Source: Escherichia phage vB_EcoM-RPN226
Sequence record: OL770073.2
Direction: 5' to 3' (one strand)
DNA: 64,000 bases
This document shows positions 53,414-64,000 of the stretch, piece after piece. The position numbers and the translations under genes are program-made. The notes under the pieces were generated by a model. The model was not told the DNA's origin, searched no databases, and worked only from the letters and a program-made list of their open reading frames with translations. Each line of letters opens with the position of its first letter. The first letter of the stretch is position 1.

Positions 53414-55186
53414 TTAATTAACTCCGGTCGCATCAAATACACCAGGAGCAGTCGTGCTCGTTACGGGTGTCATATTATGAACGACAGTATTTTTCTTAAC
53501 AACATTATTAGTATTATTGATCGAAGGAGATGCTTGTTGAACAGGAGCTTGCTGTGCTTTGTTCTTTTCTATTACCTGGACTTGTTTTGCTTCTGGCGAT
53601 TTAGCAGAAGTTTCAGGTTTGGCATTAGGCTGATTTTTCTTGAGCTCTTGATAAGTAGCATCAATTTTAGAAAATCTAGCAGCAAGTTCTTTTTTAACTG
53701 CCGGTGAATTATTTAAATCTGGGTCATCCATCCGTTTTTTAAGGTCTTCATAGGCAGCTTCAACTGATTTAACTGTTGAGTCTTTACTCATATCAGCCGA
53801 ATCAGCATATTTTTCAAAGCGAATCATCGCGGCGCGCGCTTCATTAGCCTTCATTAAAGCATTTTTTCTTTCTTCAGGTGAAAGTTGCTTTAATTTTTCT
53901 TCTTCTGCTGCACGTTCTTCGTCGGTAGTTAGTGCTTCTTTATTATCAACGCCACGAATCCAGTTAGATGCACGAGTTTTCCAGTTCGCAATTTTGTCTA
54001 GTCCTTCTGCTATTGGACCAAGGTCTCCATTCATTCGTTTATCTTGATAATTTGCAACTTTTTCCTGGTCTTCTTTATTGAGAGATGCTCCAGTAGAGTT
54101 TTGGAAATTTTCTAGCGCTCTTCCTTCTACTTCATCAGCGGTATCCTTCATACCAGGAATAACTCGAAGAATTGCCGCAGATAATTTAGCCATTCCAAGC
54201 TGAATAAGTTCTCCTAAATTATAAAGAACCTTTCCAAGCCCTTCTACAATAGCTACTGTCAATCCGCCCCAATCTCCAGCTTCCCAGAATTTTTTAATTT
54301 CATCAATAGAACTAAAGATGCTCTGTAATAAAGGACCCCATGTTCCGGTTTCGCTAGAGAATTTAGTAAAATCTGTACTAAACAAATCCCAAGCCTGTGA
54401 AAATTTATCTGACCAATATTTGAAATGAACCATCAGCAGGTCTATTCCGACAACAACAGCCAATATCATTGCTGTCATTTTAGCAGCTTCAATAGCAGCA
54501 CTGACGGTATACTTAAATAGCATGCTTGATATTTTATCAGTAATTGAAATAGATTTCTTAAATCCGAAATCAACAGTCTTTGTTAATTTATCTAAAGCTT
54601 GAGATAATTTTAAGTTAAATGCGTCTTTTTTCTGTTTTTCTTCTGGTGATTCTTGTTTGGGTTCAACTGGCTGAGGGGTAGGGAAAAAATCAGCATCAGG
54701 ATCATTATTAACTGCTTCAGGAGCTGGTAATAAAGGACCCACAGATTCAGCTGTATCGTCCTCAACAACTTTAACAGGAATAGCGCTTTCAACCGTGGCT
54801 AAACTAGTTCCTGTTTGTTGAATTCCGGCTGTCTGGATTTTTTGCTCGAGTAAACTTGTTAATTTATCTAATTTGCTCCCGAGCGATTCACCGATTTCTT
54901 TATTAATATTATTGCCAATTTCGACAGTTTCAGCAATTAACTCAGAACCGGCAGTAGTATCACTCACTGCGCTTTCTACGTTGTCAATTGCTCCAATTAT
55001 TTCATTCGATTTTTCTTCGACAGTTTGAGCAATTAATTCAGAAGCAGCTTGAGCATCATCCAATTTCGTAGATATATCGTTAAGTCCAGATAAAGTGTTA
55101 GAAGCGGATTTAGCCGCTTCCTGTGTTGGTTTATTATCTGAAATAACTTTTCTACGCATCGTTTGCATTTCTTGTGGCTTTTTCAT
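53414..55186 (-). CDS. 29: tail tape measure / baseplate hub protein gp29
   Basis: 590 aa, largely coiled-coil, Ala/Glu/Lys-rich. Confidence 0.85.
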   Translation of the reverse strand: MKKPQEMQTMRRKVISDNKPTQEAAKSASNTLSGLNDISTKLDDAQAASELIAQTVEEKSNEIIGAIDNVESAVSDTTAGSELIAETVEIGNNINKEIGESLGSKLDKLTSLLEQKIQTAGIQQTGTSLATVESAIPVKVVEDDTAESVGPLLPAPEAVNNDPDADFFPTPQPVEPKQESPEEKQKKDAFNLKLSQALDKLTKTVDFGFKKSISITDKISSMLFKYTVSAAIEAAKMTAMILAVVVGIDLLMVHFKYWSDKFSQAWDLFSTDFTKFSSETGTWGPLLQSIFSSIDEIKKFWEAGDWGGLTVAIVEGLGKVLYNLGELIQLGMAKLSAAILRVIPGMKDTADEVEGRALENFQNSTGASLNKEDQEKVANYQDKRMNGDLGPIAEGLDKIANWKTRASNWIRGVDNKEALTTDEERAAEEEKLKQLSPEERKNALMKANEARAAMIRFEKYADSADMSKDSTVKSVEAAYEDLKKRMDDPDLNNSPAVKKELAARFSKIDATYQELKKNQPNAKPETSAKSPEAKQVQVIEKNKAQQAPVQQASPSINNTNNVVKKNTVVHNMTPVTSTTAPGVFDATGVN

Positions 55187-55716
55187 TCAAATAATCCAAT
55201 AATATTGCCAATTCCGGTTATTGGACCATTAGGGCCAGGAATTGCTAAAGTTGTAAAAATATCATTTGCCCATTTTAAAACGAATGCTGGCATCTCAAGA
55301 AAATTAATTTCTTTAACTTCATCATTGACCTTAAGCAAGCATTTGGATAACATATCGCTCACCGTTAAAAATTGTTCAAATTTTCCAGGAGGTCTAAAAT
55401 AAAATGTATTTCCTTGGTATTGAAATTCCAATCTTTGGCATACATAAACATCATTAATGTCATAAGTATAACCATCTATTTCTTTACGAGATTTAATCTT
55501 TCCATTAAATTCCAATAGATGAATAGAAACGAAATCAACTTCTGCCGGTGATAAATTCGGACAAATAGAATCAATAAGAAGTTTTAAATTTTCATCAGGA
55601 CCTTTAACATCTTTTAAAATGTTATAATGTTTAAGACCCATTTTAGGAATAGAAACTTCTTTATTGCTTATTGGAAGAACTACTTTCTTCAGTGGTAGTA
55701 TCAGATTTAAATTCAT
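55183..55716 (-). CDS. 28: baseplate hub distal subunit gp28
   Basis: 177 aa; synteny. Confidence 0.8.
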   Translation of the reverse strand: MNLNLILPLKKVVLPISNKEVSIPKMGLKHYNILKDVKGPDENLKLLIDSICPNLSPAEVDFVSIHLLEFNGKIKSRKEIDGYTYDINDVYVCQRLEFQYQGNTFYFRPPGKFEQFLTVSDMLSKCLLKVNDEVKEINFLEMPAFVLKWANDIFTTLAIPGPNGPITGIGNIIGLFE

Positions 55717-56836
55717 TTTTAACCTTAACTGGGTCTATTGTTTCCAGTTTCGTTGCATTAGTGAACATATATAGATGAGTTACTGAATTATTATTTGATA
55801 ATTCATGGATGACTTCATCAACGTAAAATTCTGTTTTAAATTGGTTTTTACTATCATTAAAAATAATTTTAACGCCAGGTGTCAAGTTAAAATTACCGAC
55901 AGTAGAACATTTAGCATAACCATCGTATTGTGCCATAGTTTGAAGACGAATAGCTTCTTCATATCCATTCCTATAAGTCATTTCAGAATAAGCACCTGAC
56001 CTTGATACTACAATAGAGTTTTCGCCCTTTCCTGTAGTAATCATTGGCAATGAAGAATCTAAAAATGAATGAGCATAGATAGTAGCGTTTTTCATTGGGT
56101 CACGTTTGTGAGGATTTGATTTAGTCAACCAAACGAAATCATATGCTAATGGATATTTTAATTCTTGGATGAATTGACCTATTAAAGATGGCTCACCGAC
56201 AATCATTGGATACGGTTCTTGATTTATCATCATATCATAGTCCATCATGTTAACTCCCATGATGTCTTGCCACACAAATACAAATTTGTCACTTCCTACA
56301 GCTAGAGCAACTTCTCTGACATATGACAAATAGTTTTCAAATGTGCTAGTCCATGGAATATCAGGAACATAAGCATTTATAGCATTTATTGCTGGAGTTA
56401 ATAACGTGCGATCCTGATAAATGACACCAAGCATTTCCTTTATAGATTCACCTGCATCAGAGAAAAACGGTCTGCCAAATTTAAGATTTTCTATAGAATG
56501 AATAGTTCCCAATTCAATAGCAATGATGTTATCACCCTTTGAATCTACTGACACGGAAAAATGCTTACATCCATAAATTCGTGTTTTAACATTATTAATA
56601 TCGTTTGCATTAGCTACAGAAATCTGAATTATTTCATTTCCATCCATTTTTGTATGGATATTTTTAGAATCATAAAACTGCAGCATTCCTTCATTTCGGC
56701 CATAAAGAGAATCCCGCATAGTTAATGTGGTAATAGTAGCAGCTAATTCAACAAATCTATTATTACTCCAAGCGTCGTAGCTATCAAATAATTTAACGCT
56801 GAGATTTGGATATCCAGGGCGTTGCAGCATACTCAT
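55661..56836 (-). CDS. 27: baseplate hub subunit gp27
   Basis: 391 aa; synteny. Confidence 0.85.
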   Translation of the reverse strand: MSMLQRPGYPNLSVKLFDSYDAWSNNRFVELAATITTLTMRDSLYGRNEGMLQFYDSKNIHTKMDGNEIIQISVANANDINNVKTRIYGCKHFSVSVDSKGDNIIAIELGTIHSIENLKFGRPFFSDAGESIKEMLGVIYQDRTLLTPAINAINAYVPDIPWTSTFENYLSYVREVALAVGSDKFVFVWQDIMGVNMMDYDMMINQEPYPMIVGEPSLIGQFIQELKYPLAYDFVWLTKSNPHKRDPMKNATIYAHSFLDSSLPMITTGKGENSIVVSRSGAYSEMTYRNGYEEAIRLQTMAQYDGYAKCSTVGNFNLTPGVKIIFNDSKNQFKTEFYVDEVIHELSNNNSVTHLYMFTNATKLETIDPVKVKNEFKSDTTTEESSSSNKQ

Positions 56837-57585
56837 TATTGTTTATCCTTCTCAATCAGTTTTAATACGAATCCGCGCTCGGCAGGAATCATTTTCATTA
56901 TTGAATTTAAGCTATAATTACTTTTTACGAGCGTGTGATTGATTTGATAAAAAGTAAATATTTCATCTGGGTTAACTAATAGCTTAAACACATCTACTAT
57001 ATCAGTGTATTTTTTTACATACTTATTACAACATGACATATGCAATGTTAAATTAATAGGATTCATTGCATCGAGAATTTTTTCTAATGTTTCTATCTCG
57101 ATGGCATCAACAAGTTCTATTTGACTTGATTCGCTAATTTCATTCCAATCATACCACATTTCATCTACTTGAACGGAATGAATATTTTCAGTAATCATCT
57201 TTGCTTTATTTTCATAAAACTCAGAAGGAAACTTTAATTTAATTTTAACATTAGCTACATCAAAAACAGGTTCCTTTAATTCTTTTTGATATATTTCAAA
57301 TGGAACTGTCTTTTCTTTTTTACATTTTGGACATACAAATGTGACCGGTACTTTAGTTTTACCTATTGACCCTACAAATACCTGCAAAAATATAAATGGT
57401 TGCCAAGTCTTCGGATAGTCTCCAAAATAATCAGCAATTAAATCAGCAATTATTTCTTTTTGTTCTTGTGGTGACCGATGTTCTATATCGTTTCGAACTA
57501 ACAAAAAATCTCGATAATCTTCTACCGTAAATGGTTTAAAACGATGAACACCATCTGGTAATTTACAACGAATAATGTTTGCCAT
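56836..57585 (-). CDS. 51: baseplate hub assembly catalyst gp51
   Basis: 249 aa; synteny. Confidence 0.8.
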   Translation of the reverse strand: MANIIRCKLPDGVHRFKPFTVEDYRDFLLVRNDIEHRSPQEQKEIIADLIADYFGDYPKTWQPFIFLQVFVGSIGKTKVPVTFVCPKCKKEKTVPFEIYQKELKEPVFDVANVKIKLKFPSEFYENKAKMITENIHSVQVDEMWYDWNEISESSQIELVDAIEIETLEKILDAMNPINLTLHMSCCNKYVKKYTDIVDVFKLLVNPDEIFTFYQINHTLVKSNYSLNSIMKMIPAERGFVLKLIEKDKQ

Positions 57586-57635
57586 AGATGCTCCTTTTAT
57601 TCTATTTATAAATATGATAAATAAAGGAGCTAAAT
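57586..57635. promoter_or_regulatory. divergent late promoter region between genes 51 and 26
   Basis: near-palindromic TATTTATAAATA gives TATAAATA on both strands, flanked by RBSs for both genes. Confidence 0.5.
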
Positions 57636-58262
57636 ATGTATGAATACAAATTTGATGTGAGAGTTGGTTCTAAAATAATCAACTGTCGCGCATTTACTCT
57701 TAAAGAATATCTAGAACTTATTACTGCTAAAAAGAACGGTTCAGTAGAAGAGATCGTTAAAAAGCTAATTAAAGACTGTACAAATGCAAAAGATTTAAAC
57801 CGCCAAGAATCAGAACTACTATTGATTCATTTATGGGCGCATTCTCTTGGAGAAGTTAATCACGAAAACTCCTGGAAGTGCACCTGTGGAACTGAAATAC
57901 CAACCCATATAAATCTATTACATACGCAAATAGATGCACCAGAAGACCTCTGGTATACACTAGGTGACATTAAAATTAAGTTCCATTACCCTAAAATTTT
58001 TGATGATAAAAATATAGCCCACATGATAGTATCATGTATAGAAACAATTCATGCTAACGGTGAAAGCATTCCAATTGAAGACTTGAATGAAAAAGAGTTG
58101 GAAGATTTATATTCTATCATCACAGAGTCAGATATTGTAGCTATAAAAGATATGCTTTTAAAGCCTACTGTTTATTTGGCTGTTCCAATTAAGTGTCCAG
58201 AGTGTGGAAAAACTCACGCTCATGTAATAAGAGGACTCAAAGAATTCTTTGAGCTATTGTAA
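57636..58262 (+). CDS. 26: baseplate hub subunit gp26
   Basis: 208 aa; synteny. Confidence 0.8.
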   Translation: MYEYKFDVRVGSKIINCRAFTLKEYLELITAKKNGSVEEIVKKLIKDCTNAKDLNRQESELLLIHLWAHSLGEVNHENSWKCTCGTEIPTHINLLHTQIDAPEDLWYTLGDIKIKFHYPKIFDDKNIAHMIVSCIETIHANGESIPIEDLNEKELEDLYSIITESDIVAIKDMLLKPTVYLAVPIKCPECGKTHAHVIRGLKEFFELL

Positions 58263-58660
58263 TGGCAAATATTAATAAGCTTTATTCTGACATTGACCCA
58301 GAAATGAAAATGGATTGGGACAAAGATGTTTCTAGATCTCTTGGATTAAGGTCAATCAAAAATAGCCTTTTGGGAATTATTACAACCAGAAAAGGGTCAA
58401 GACCATTTGACCCAGAATTTGGATGCGATTTATCTGATCAGCTTTTTGAGAATATGACTCCTCTTACTGCTGATACTGTTGAGCGTAACATTGAAAGCGC
58501 AGTAAGAAACTACGAGCCACGTATTGATAAATTAGCAGTTAATGTAATACCAGTTTATGATGATTATACTCTGATAGTAGAAATACGCTTTTCGGTCATC
58601 GATAACCCTGATGATATTGAGCAGATAAAACTACAACTGGCTTCCAGTAACAGAGTATAA
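58262..58660 (+). CDS. 25: baseplate wedge protein gp25
   Basis: 132 aa; ATGG overlap with gene 26. Confidence 0.85.
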   Translation: MANINKLYSDIDPEMKMDWDKDVSRSLGLRSIKNSLLGIITTRKGSRPFDPEFGCDLSDQLFENMTPLTADTVERNIESAVRNYEPRIDKLAVNVIPVYDDYTLIVEIRFSVIDNPDDIEQIKLQLASSNRV

Positions 58661-58726
58661 TGCTTCACGTATAAACGTGGTATAATGAATCTAAGTCCAT
58701 CCAATAACAATTGAATAGAGAACAAT

Positions 58727-59140
58727 ATGAGATTAGAAGATCTTCAAGAAGAATTGAAGAAAGATGTGTTTATAGATTCGACTAAATTACAGTATGAAGC
58801 AGCTAATAATGTGATGTTATATAGTAAATGGCTCAATAAGCATTCAAGTATTAAAAAGGAAATGCTTAGAATTGAAGCGCAGAAAAAAGTTGCTCTTAAA
58901 GCTAAATTAGACTACTACTCGGGACGAGGAGATGGTGATGAATTTAGTATGGACCGTTATGAGAAATCAGAAATGAAGACAGTTCTATCAGCTGATAAGG
59001 ATGTTTTAAAAGTTGATACTTCATTACAATATTGGGGAATTTTATTAGATTTCTGTAGCGGAGCTCTTGATGCTATTAAATCACGTGGATTTGCTATTAA
59101 GCATATTCAAGACATGCGAGCATTTGAGGCTGGAAAATAA
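58727..59140 (+). CDS. uvsY: recombination mediator UvsY
   Basis: 137 aa; synteny. Confidence 0.85.
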   Translation: MRLEDLQEELKKDVFIDSTKLQYEAANNVMLYSKWLNKHSSIKKEMLRIEAQKKVALKAKLDYYSGRGDGDEFSMDRYEKSEMKTVLSADKDVLKVDTSLQYWGILLDFCSGALDAIKSRGFAIKHIQDMRAFEAGK

Positions 59141-59364
59141 TGAAATATAGCATTGATGATGCTTTTAATTATGAAGAAGAATTCGAAACGGAAATTCAAT
59201 TCTTAATGAAAAAGTATAATCTCAAGCGCCAGGATATTCGTATCCTGGCCGACCACCCGTGCGGTGAAGATGTACTTTATATTAAAGGAAAATTTGCCGG
59301 ATATCTTGATGAATATTTTTATTCTAAAGATATGGGCATTGATATGCATATGAGAGTTATATAA
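59140..59364 (+). CDS. hypothetical protein (uvsY.-1 position)
   Basis: 74-aa ORF. Confidence 0.5.
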   Translation: MKYSIDDAFNYEEEFETEIQFLMKKYNLKRQDIRILADHPCGEDVLYIKGKFAGYLDEYFYSKDMGIDMHMRVI

Positions 59365-59392
59365 ATAGATATATAATTTAGAGGAGACAATC

Positions 59393-59560
59393 ATGTCAGA
59401 TAAGATTTGTGTTGTCTGTAAAACTCCAATCGATTCTGCATTGGTTGTTGAAACAGACAAAGGTCCTGTACATCCTGGGCCTTGCTATAATTACATTAAA
59501 GAACTACCAGTTTCAGAAAGTTCGGAAGAACAATTAAATGAAACACAACTTTTGCTATAG
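59393..59560 (+). CDS. small CxxC protein (uvsY.-2 position)
   Basis: 55-aa ORF MSDKICVVCKTPIDS..., below the track cutoff; TATAAATA at 59360-59367 and GAGGAG RBS. Confidence 0.5.
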   Translation: MSDKICVVCKTPIDSALVVETDKGPVHPGPCYNYIKELPVSESSEEQLNETQLLL

Positions 59561-59616
59561 TGTGACCTTTAGTCTATAGTTTTGGCCCTTCCTTTTTGGT
59601 TGGGCCTTTTTTTAAT

Positions 59617-59859
59617 TTAAAAGCTTTCTTCTACTTCATCGTCTGAATCTTCTAATTCAGCTCTTTTTCCTGCCAAAGCATCTCTCACAGAGATGTCATC
59701 AGTATCTTTTAATTCAGTTTCTTTAACTCTTTTCTTGTAATAAGCTTCAAGTTCTTCTAGACCTTCTAATGTTTGACAAGAGGCAATTTTACCCATAAAT
59801 TCATCAATAGAAGCTTCATAAAGAAATTGTTTAAATTTTAGTAACATCTTTTTCTCCAA
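59617..59859 (-). CDS. hypothetical acidic protein (uvsW.1 position)
   Basis: 80-aa ORF. Confidence 0.5.
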   Translation of the reverse strand: MEKKMLLKFKQFLYEASIDEFMGKIASCQTLEGLEELEAYYKKRVKETELKDTDDISVRDALAGKRAELEDSDDEVEESF

Positions 59860-59872
59860 AGGGCCGGAGCCC

Positions 59873-60565
59873 TTATAAATTAACTGTTTTTCTAAGTATT
59901 CTTAGTTTGTACATTGATAATCCAGTAGCTTTAGAAGCATCTTTCATGCATTTATACTTAACACCATTTACTTCTATAGGTTTAGCAGCTGGGTTATTAG
60001 CTCCTGAATTATCTGGCATGTTATCTTTAATTTTCTGAATAGATTTAGCGGAATGTTTCCTTCCGTACATGCCGTTATTTTTACCCGATTGATTGATCGA
60101 ATGTAATCTTTTAGCTTCTTCAGTCCATTTCGTTGGGTTCATTCTTTTAGTTTTACTAATTTTATTTCCCCATGTAATTGGACGACTTTTCATGAGTTTT
60201 GACATATATTGTTTATGTTCTTCCGTATGGTGTTTTCCGTAAAATGGATTACCTTCGCCGGATTGAAGTTCTGCCATTTTACGACGTTCCCATGCGTAAG
60301 ATTTATTGACGTGTCTTTCATGAGTATTTGAATTCATTCCCATACATATAACGGCTTTAATTATACCGTAATGGTTTGGATGAATTTTAGCTAAAAGTTT
60401 ATGGGCTATAAAATGTTCTTCAGCCGTTAGTTCTACTAAATTACACTTATCATTTGTACCACCCATGCATCTAGGAATTATATGATGAGTTTCAGTGTAT
60501 CCATTAAGGCGAGCCCGATTCTGGGCTCTATTAATTAAATTATCATATATTAATTTATAATTCAA
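59873..60565 (-). CDS. HNH homing endonuclease (Mob-like), free-standing
   Basis: 230 aa; HNH motif ...YTETHHIIPRCMGGTNDKCNLVELTAEEHFIAHKLL; paralog of the nrdA-inserted HNH; start codon abuts the uvsW stop. Confidence 0.8.
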   Translation of the reverse strand: MNYKLIYDNLINRAQNRARLNGYTETHHIIPRCMGGTNDKCNLVELTAEEHFIAHKLLAKIHPNHYGIIKAVICMGMNSNTHERHVNKSYAWERRKMAELQSGEGNPFYGKHHTEEHKQYMSKLMKSRPITWGNKISKTKRMNPTKWTEEAKRLHSINQSGKNNGMYGRKHSAKSIQKIKDNMPDNSGANNPAAKPIEVNGVKYKCMKDASKATGLSMYKLRILRKTVNL

Positions 60566-62073
60566 AGTTTAACCTCTTTCATCACATAATTGAACTTCTC
60601 ATCAGCATAACGCTGAATACGATCAAGTCCATGTTTTAAAAGATAGTTTAAATGCGAGTATTTTTTAGAAGATGTTTTTGATTTAGAAACTACGCCCGCG
60701 TCATCTATGAGGTCCCAGACCGTTGCTATTGTCTTAGAACCATGCTTACGTAATACGCGACCTATTGTTTGCAATACAATAATTTTAGATTTAACGCCGT
60801 GCGCTAAAACAACATGATGCAGATTTTTAACTGAAATACCAGTAGAAAATACACCATAACTAGCTACTATAATTATTCCTTTACCGTTTTCAGCTAGGGT
60901 TTTCATTACGTTGCGTGTTTCGGTATCAACTTCCCCTGATACGTAATAAACTTTATCGTATTCATTTTTAATTAAATCGAAAATAGCTTTACCGTGCGAT
61001 ACGTGTTTAAACATGACAAAAGCGTTTTCATCTTTTTGTGCAAGTTTAATAGCTAATTTAGCGATCCATTTATTTCTTTTACTGAGCCCAGTAATAATTT
61101 TTATTTCTTCTTGGTAAGTTTTTCCCTTTAATTTAGTAGTGAACTCATCGGGATAGCGAAGAAAAATACTATTAATTTTTAACTCAGTTACTTGTCCATC
61201 TTCCATTAATTTAGAAGTCGTTACTGGCTTAAATATTTCACCAAACATTCCAACATACTGCATGATATTGGCTTTGCCATCGCGTAATGAACCCGATAGA
61301 CCAAATTTGAACATGCAGTTATTTAAACCTGATATGATAGATGAAATACTTTTTCCTGTAGCAAGATGGCATTCATCATTCATCATCATTCCAAACTGTG
61401 AGAACCATTCTTTCGGTTGTTTTACTACAGTTTGCCATGTACCAACAACGACTGGTGCATCATTTTTATATTTATCATCTTTTGATGCTCCACCGCCAAT
61501 TTTCTTTATCATTGTATGACTGAATAAACGATAGTCAACGAAGTCATCAGCCATCTGAGTTGTCAGAGCCGTTGTTGGAACAATGATAAGAATTTTACCT
61601 TCATAATTTTCCAAATAATAACGTGCAAGCAAAGCTTGAATTAAAGATTTACCTGCAGATGTTGGAAGATTAAGAATTCTACGACGATTAACTAATCCTT
61701 CGAACACTGCATCTTTTTGATACCAGTGTGGTTCAATTCTTTTATTTCCTGAATAGATTTCTAATTTAGAAAGCCATTCATCAAAATCTTTTCTTGATAA
61801 TTCTTCTTTTTCGTTAATTTGCGGGTCAATCCAAGCTTTATAGCCAAAGTTATCGCAGAACTTTTTAATTTGCCCGACTAAGCCGAATGGAAGAAGACGA
61901 TTATAATCTAAAAGACGGATTCGTCCATCCCAGTTGCCATATCTGAAGCGAGGATTAAAACGATACCCATCAGCTTCAAAGCTAAAGAAATCACGGAGTT
62001 CATGAAATGTACTTTCTTCACAATCAATTCTCACGTGACTAAAATCATAAAAATGTACTTTAATGTCAGTCAT
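60562..62073 (-). CDS. uvsW: UvsW RNA-DNA and DNA helicase
   Basis: 503 aa; SF2 helicase motifs (PTSAGKS Walker A, DECH box). Confidence 0.9.
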   Translation of the reverse strand: MTDIKVHFYDFSHVRIDCEESTFHELRDFFSFEADGYRFNPRFRYGNWDGRIRLLDYNRLLPFGLVGQIKKFCDNFGYKAWIDPQINEKEELSRKDFDEWLSKLEIYSGNKRIEPHWYQKDAVFEGLVNRRRILNLPTSAGKSLIQALLARYYLENYEGKILIIVPTTALTTQMADDFVDYRLFSHTMIKKIGGGASKDDKYKNDAPVVVGTWQTVVKQPKEWFSQFGMMMNDECHLATGKSISSIISGLNNCMFKFGLSGSLRDGKANIMQYVGMFGEIFKPVTTSKLMEDGQVTELKINSIFLRYPDEFTTKLKGKTYQEEIKIITGLSKRNKWIAKLAIKLAQKDENAFVMFKHVSHGKAIFDLIKNEYDKVYYVSGEVDTETRNVMKTLAENGKGIIIVASYGVFSTGISVKNLHHVVLAHGVKSKIIVLQTIGRVLRKHGSKTIATVWDLIDDAGVVSKSKTSSKKYSHLNYLLKHGLDRIQRYADEKFNYVMKEVKL

Positions 62074-62123
62074 GTCTAAATACCATGTAATAAATATATC
62101 TATATTTATACTGAGGAAATATT
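62074..62123. promoter_or_regulatory. divergent late promoter region between uvsW and inh
   Basis: minus-strand GTATAAATATAG before the uvsW ATG; plus-strand TAATAAATAT before the ORF at 62124. Confidence 0.5.
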
Positions 62124-62804
62124 ATGATAGATAAAGATTATATTGCAGAGCTGAAGGCTCTTGATGATAATAAAGAAGCTAAGGCTAAATTAGCTGAATA
62201 TGCTGAACAGTTTGGTATAAAGGTCAAAAAGAATAAATCTTTTGATAATATCGTTATTGATATTGAAGAAGCCCTCCAGAAGCTCGCTAGTGAACCTATG
62301 CCAGAGACTGATGGGTTATCTATTAAAGACTTAATTAATGCTGCTGATGCCGCAGACGGATTAAAATATGACGATGAAGAAGTCAATCCAGAGGCAGCAC
62401 TTCTGATTGATTCTCCAGTTAAATCTGACATTAAAATTGAAGTAGTCGAAACGGATAAAATTCCCGAAAATACCGATGTTTTGATTGAAGATACTCCTTT
62501 TGTTGAAGAAAAATTCGAGAAGGCTGTAGCTGAGATTATTGAATCTGAAAAGCCGTCTGTATTTACTCTTCCGGAAAACTTTAGTCCGAATCTTCAGCTG
62601 ATTGGAAAAAATCCAGGATTCTGTACTGTTCCTTGGTGGATTTATCAGTGGATTGCTGAAACTCCGGATTGGAAATCTCACCCAACTAGTTTTGAACATG
62701 CGTCGGCACACCAAACTTTATTTAGCTTAATTTATTACATTAATCGCGACGGATCAGTTCTAATTCGTGAAACACGCAATTCTTCTTTCGTAACATTAAA
62801 ATAA
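62124..62804 (+). CDS. inh: probable Inh (inhibitor of prohead protease)
   Basis: 226 aa at the syntenic position directly upstream of hoc. Confidence 0.6.
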   Translation: MIDKDYIAELKALDDNKEAKAKLAEYAEQFGIKVKKNKSFDNIVIDIEEALQKLASEPMPETDGLSIKDLINAADAADGLKYDDEEVNPEAALLIDSPVKSDIKIEVVETDKIPENTDVLIEDTPFVEEKFEKAVAEIIESEKPSVFTLPENFSPNLQLIGKNPGFCTVPWWIYQWIAETPDWKSHPTSFEHASAHQTLFSLIYYINRDGSVLIRETRNSSFVTLK

Positions 62805-62813
62805 GGATAACTT

Positions 62814-63944
62814 ATGGCTTTTACAGTTGATATAACTCCTAAAACACCTACTGGAGTTATTGATGAAACTAAGCAGTTTACTGCTACACCCAGTGGTCAA
62901 ACTGGAGATGGAACTATTACCTATGCTTGGACTGTAGACAATGTTCCACAGGATGGAGCTGAAGCAACTTTTAGTTATGTACTAAAAGGACCTGCCGGTC
63001 AAAAGACTATTAAAGTAGTTGCAACAAACACAGTTCCAGATACTGATGCTGAAACAGCAGAAGCTACTACAACTATCACAGTTCAAAATAAGACACAGAC
63101 AACTACCTTGGCAGTAACTCCCGATAGTCCTTCAGCTGGAGTAATTGGAACCCCAGTTCAATTTACTGCTGCCTTAGCTTCTCAACCATCAGGTGCATCT
63201 GCTACGTATCAGTGGCATGTAGATGGTTCTCCTGTGAGCGAAGCAACTAGTGCTACATTCAATTACACTCCTACTACAAGCGGAGTTAAAAAAATCAAGT
63301 GTGTCGCTCAAGTAACAGCGGCAGATTATGATACAAAAGAAGTTACTTCTAATGAAGTATCATTGACAGTTAATAAGAAGACAATGAATCCACAGATTGC
63401 ATTGACTCCTCCTTCTATTAATGTTCAGCAGGATGCTTCGGCTACATTTACTGCTAATGTTACTGGCGCACCTGACGCAGCACAAATTACTTACTCGTGG
63501 AAGAAAGATTCTTCTCCGGTAGAAGGGTCAACTAACGTATATACTATCGATACCTCATCTGTTGGAAGTCAAACTATTGAAGTTACTGCTGTCGTTACAG
63601 CAACTGACTATGATAGCAAAACAGTTAAAACAACAGGTCAAGTTCAGGTAACTGATAAAGTTGCTCCGGAACCAGAAGGTGAATTGCCTTATGTTCATCC
63701 TCTTCCACATCGTACTTCAGCTTATATCTGGTGCGGTTGGTGGGTTATGGATGAAATCCAAAAAATGACTGAAGAAGGTAAAGATTGGAAAACTGACGAC
63801 CCAGATAGTAAGTACTACTTGCATCGTTACACCCTTCAGAAGATGATGAAAGATTATCCGGAAGTTGATGTTCAAGAATCGCGTAATGGATACATCATTC
63901 ATAAAACTGCTTTAGAAACTGGCATCATCTATACCTATCCATAA
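62814..63944 (+). CDS. hoc: highly immunogenic outer capsid protein Hoc
   Basis: 376 aa; MAFTVDITPKTPTGVIDETKQFTATPSGQTGDGTITYAWTVDNVPQDGAEATFSYVLKGPAGQ...; Ig-like repeats. Confidence 0.9.
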   Translation: MAFTVDITPKTPTGVIDETKQFTATPSGQTGDGTITYAWTVDNVPQDGAEATFSYVLKGPAGQKTIKVVATNTVPDTDAETAEATTTITVQNKTQTTTLAVTPDSPSAGVIGTPVQFTAALASQPSGASATYQWHVDGSPVSEATSATFNYTPTTSGVKKIKCVAQVTAADYDTKEVTSNEVSLTVNKKTMNPQIALTPPSINVQQDASATFTANVTGAPDAAQITYSWKKDSSPVEGSTNVYTIDTSSVGSQTIEVTAVVTATDYDSKTVKTTGQVQVTDKVAPEPEGELPYVHPLPHRTSAYIWCGWWVMDEIQKMTEEGKDWKTDDPDSKYYLHRYTLQKMMKDYPEVDVQESRNGYIIHKTALETGIIYTYP

Positions 63945-63950
63945 TCATAA

Positions 63951-63972
63951 GGGGCTTCGGCCCCTTTCTTCA
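63951..63972 (+). terminator. intrinsic terminator
   Basis: GGGGCTTCGGCCCC hairpin followed by a T-rich tract. Confidence 0.65.
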
Positions 63973-64000
63973 TTTTGAAAGCACACAAAACACAATCAGA

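Overview
This window reads as one contiguous block of a T-even (T4-like) Escherichia myovirus genome, with no sign of host DNA, CRISPR arrays or rRNA/tRNA genes. Gene order is fully syntenic with phage T4: 39-rIIA-rIIB-denB-ndd-stp-52-motA-arn-asiA (+), then t-38-37-36-35-34 (-), then rnh-dsbA-33-59-32-frd-td-nrdA-nrdB-denA-rnlA-alc-spanins-pseT-cd-31-rIII-30-alt (+), then 54-48-29-28-27-51 (-), 26-25-uvsY (+), uvsW (-), inh-hoc (+). Several features point to a T2/T6-type relative rather than T4 itself: a single fused topoisomerase gene 39 (no gene 60 bypass), a glycine-rich T2-type gp38 adhesin, an intronless nrdB, and a different complement of homing endonucleases. The most notable observation is that nrdA is broken into two separately translated ORFs by an inserted HNH endonuclease gene, with no room for a group I intron core. 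The same 5-kb nucleotide-metabolism module also holds the td group I intron with I-TevI and a free-standing antisense GIY-YIG paralog of I-TevI; a second HNH gene sits fused to the 3' end of uvsW. Other points worth a second look are a GC-rich ORF-free 400-bp region after rIII, a duplicated promoter/leader cassette with an RBS-pairing hairpin, and a frameshifted partial duplicate of alt. All calls rest on reading the sequence and the ORF track, plus remembered T4 protein sequences and sizes; no database search or folding was run.
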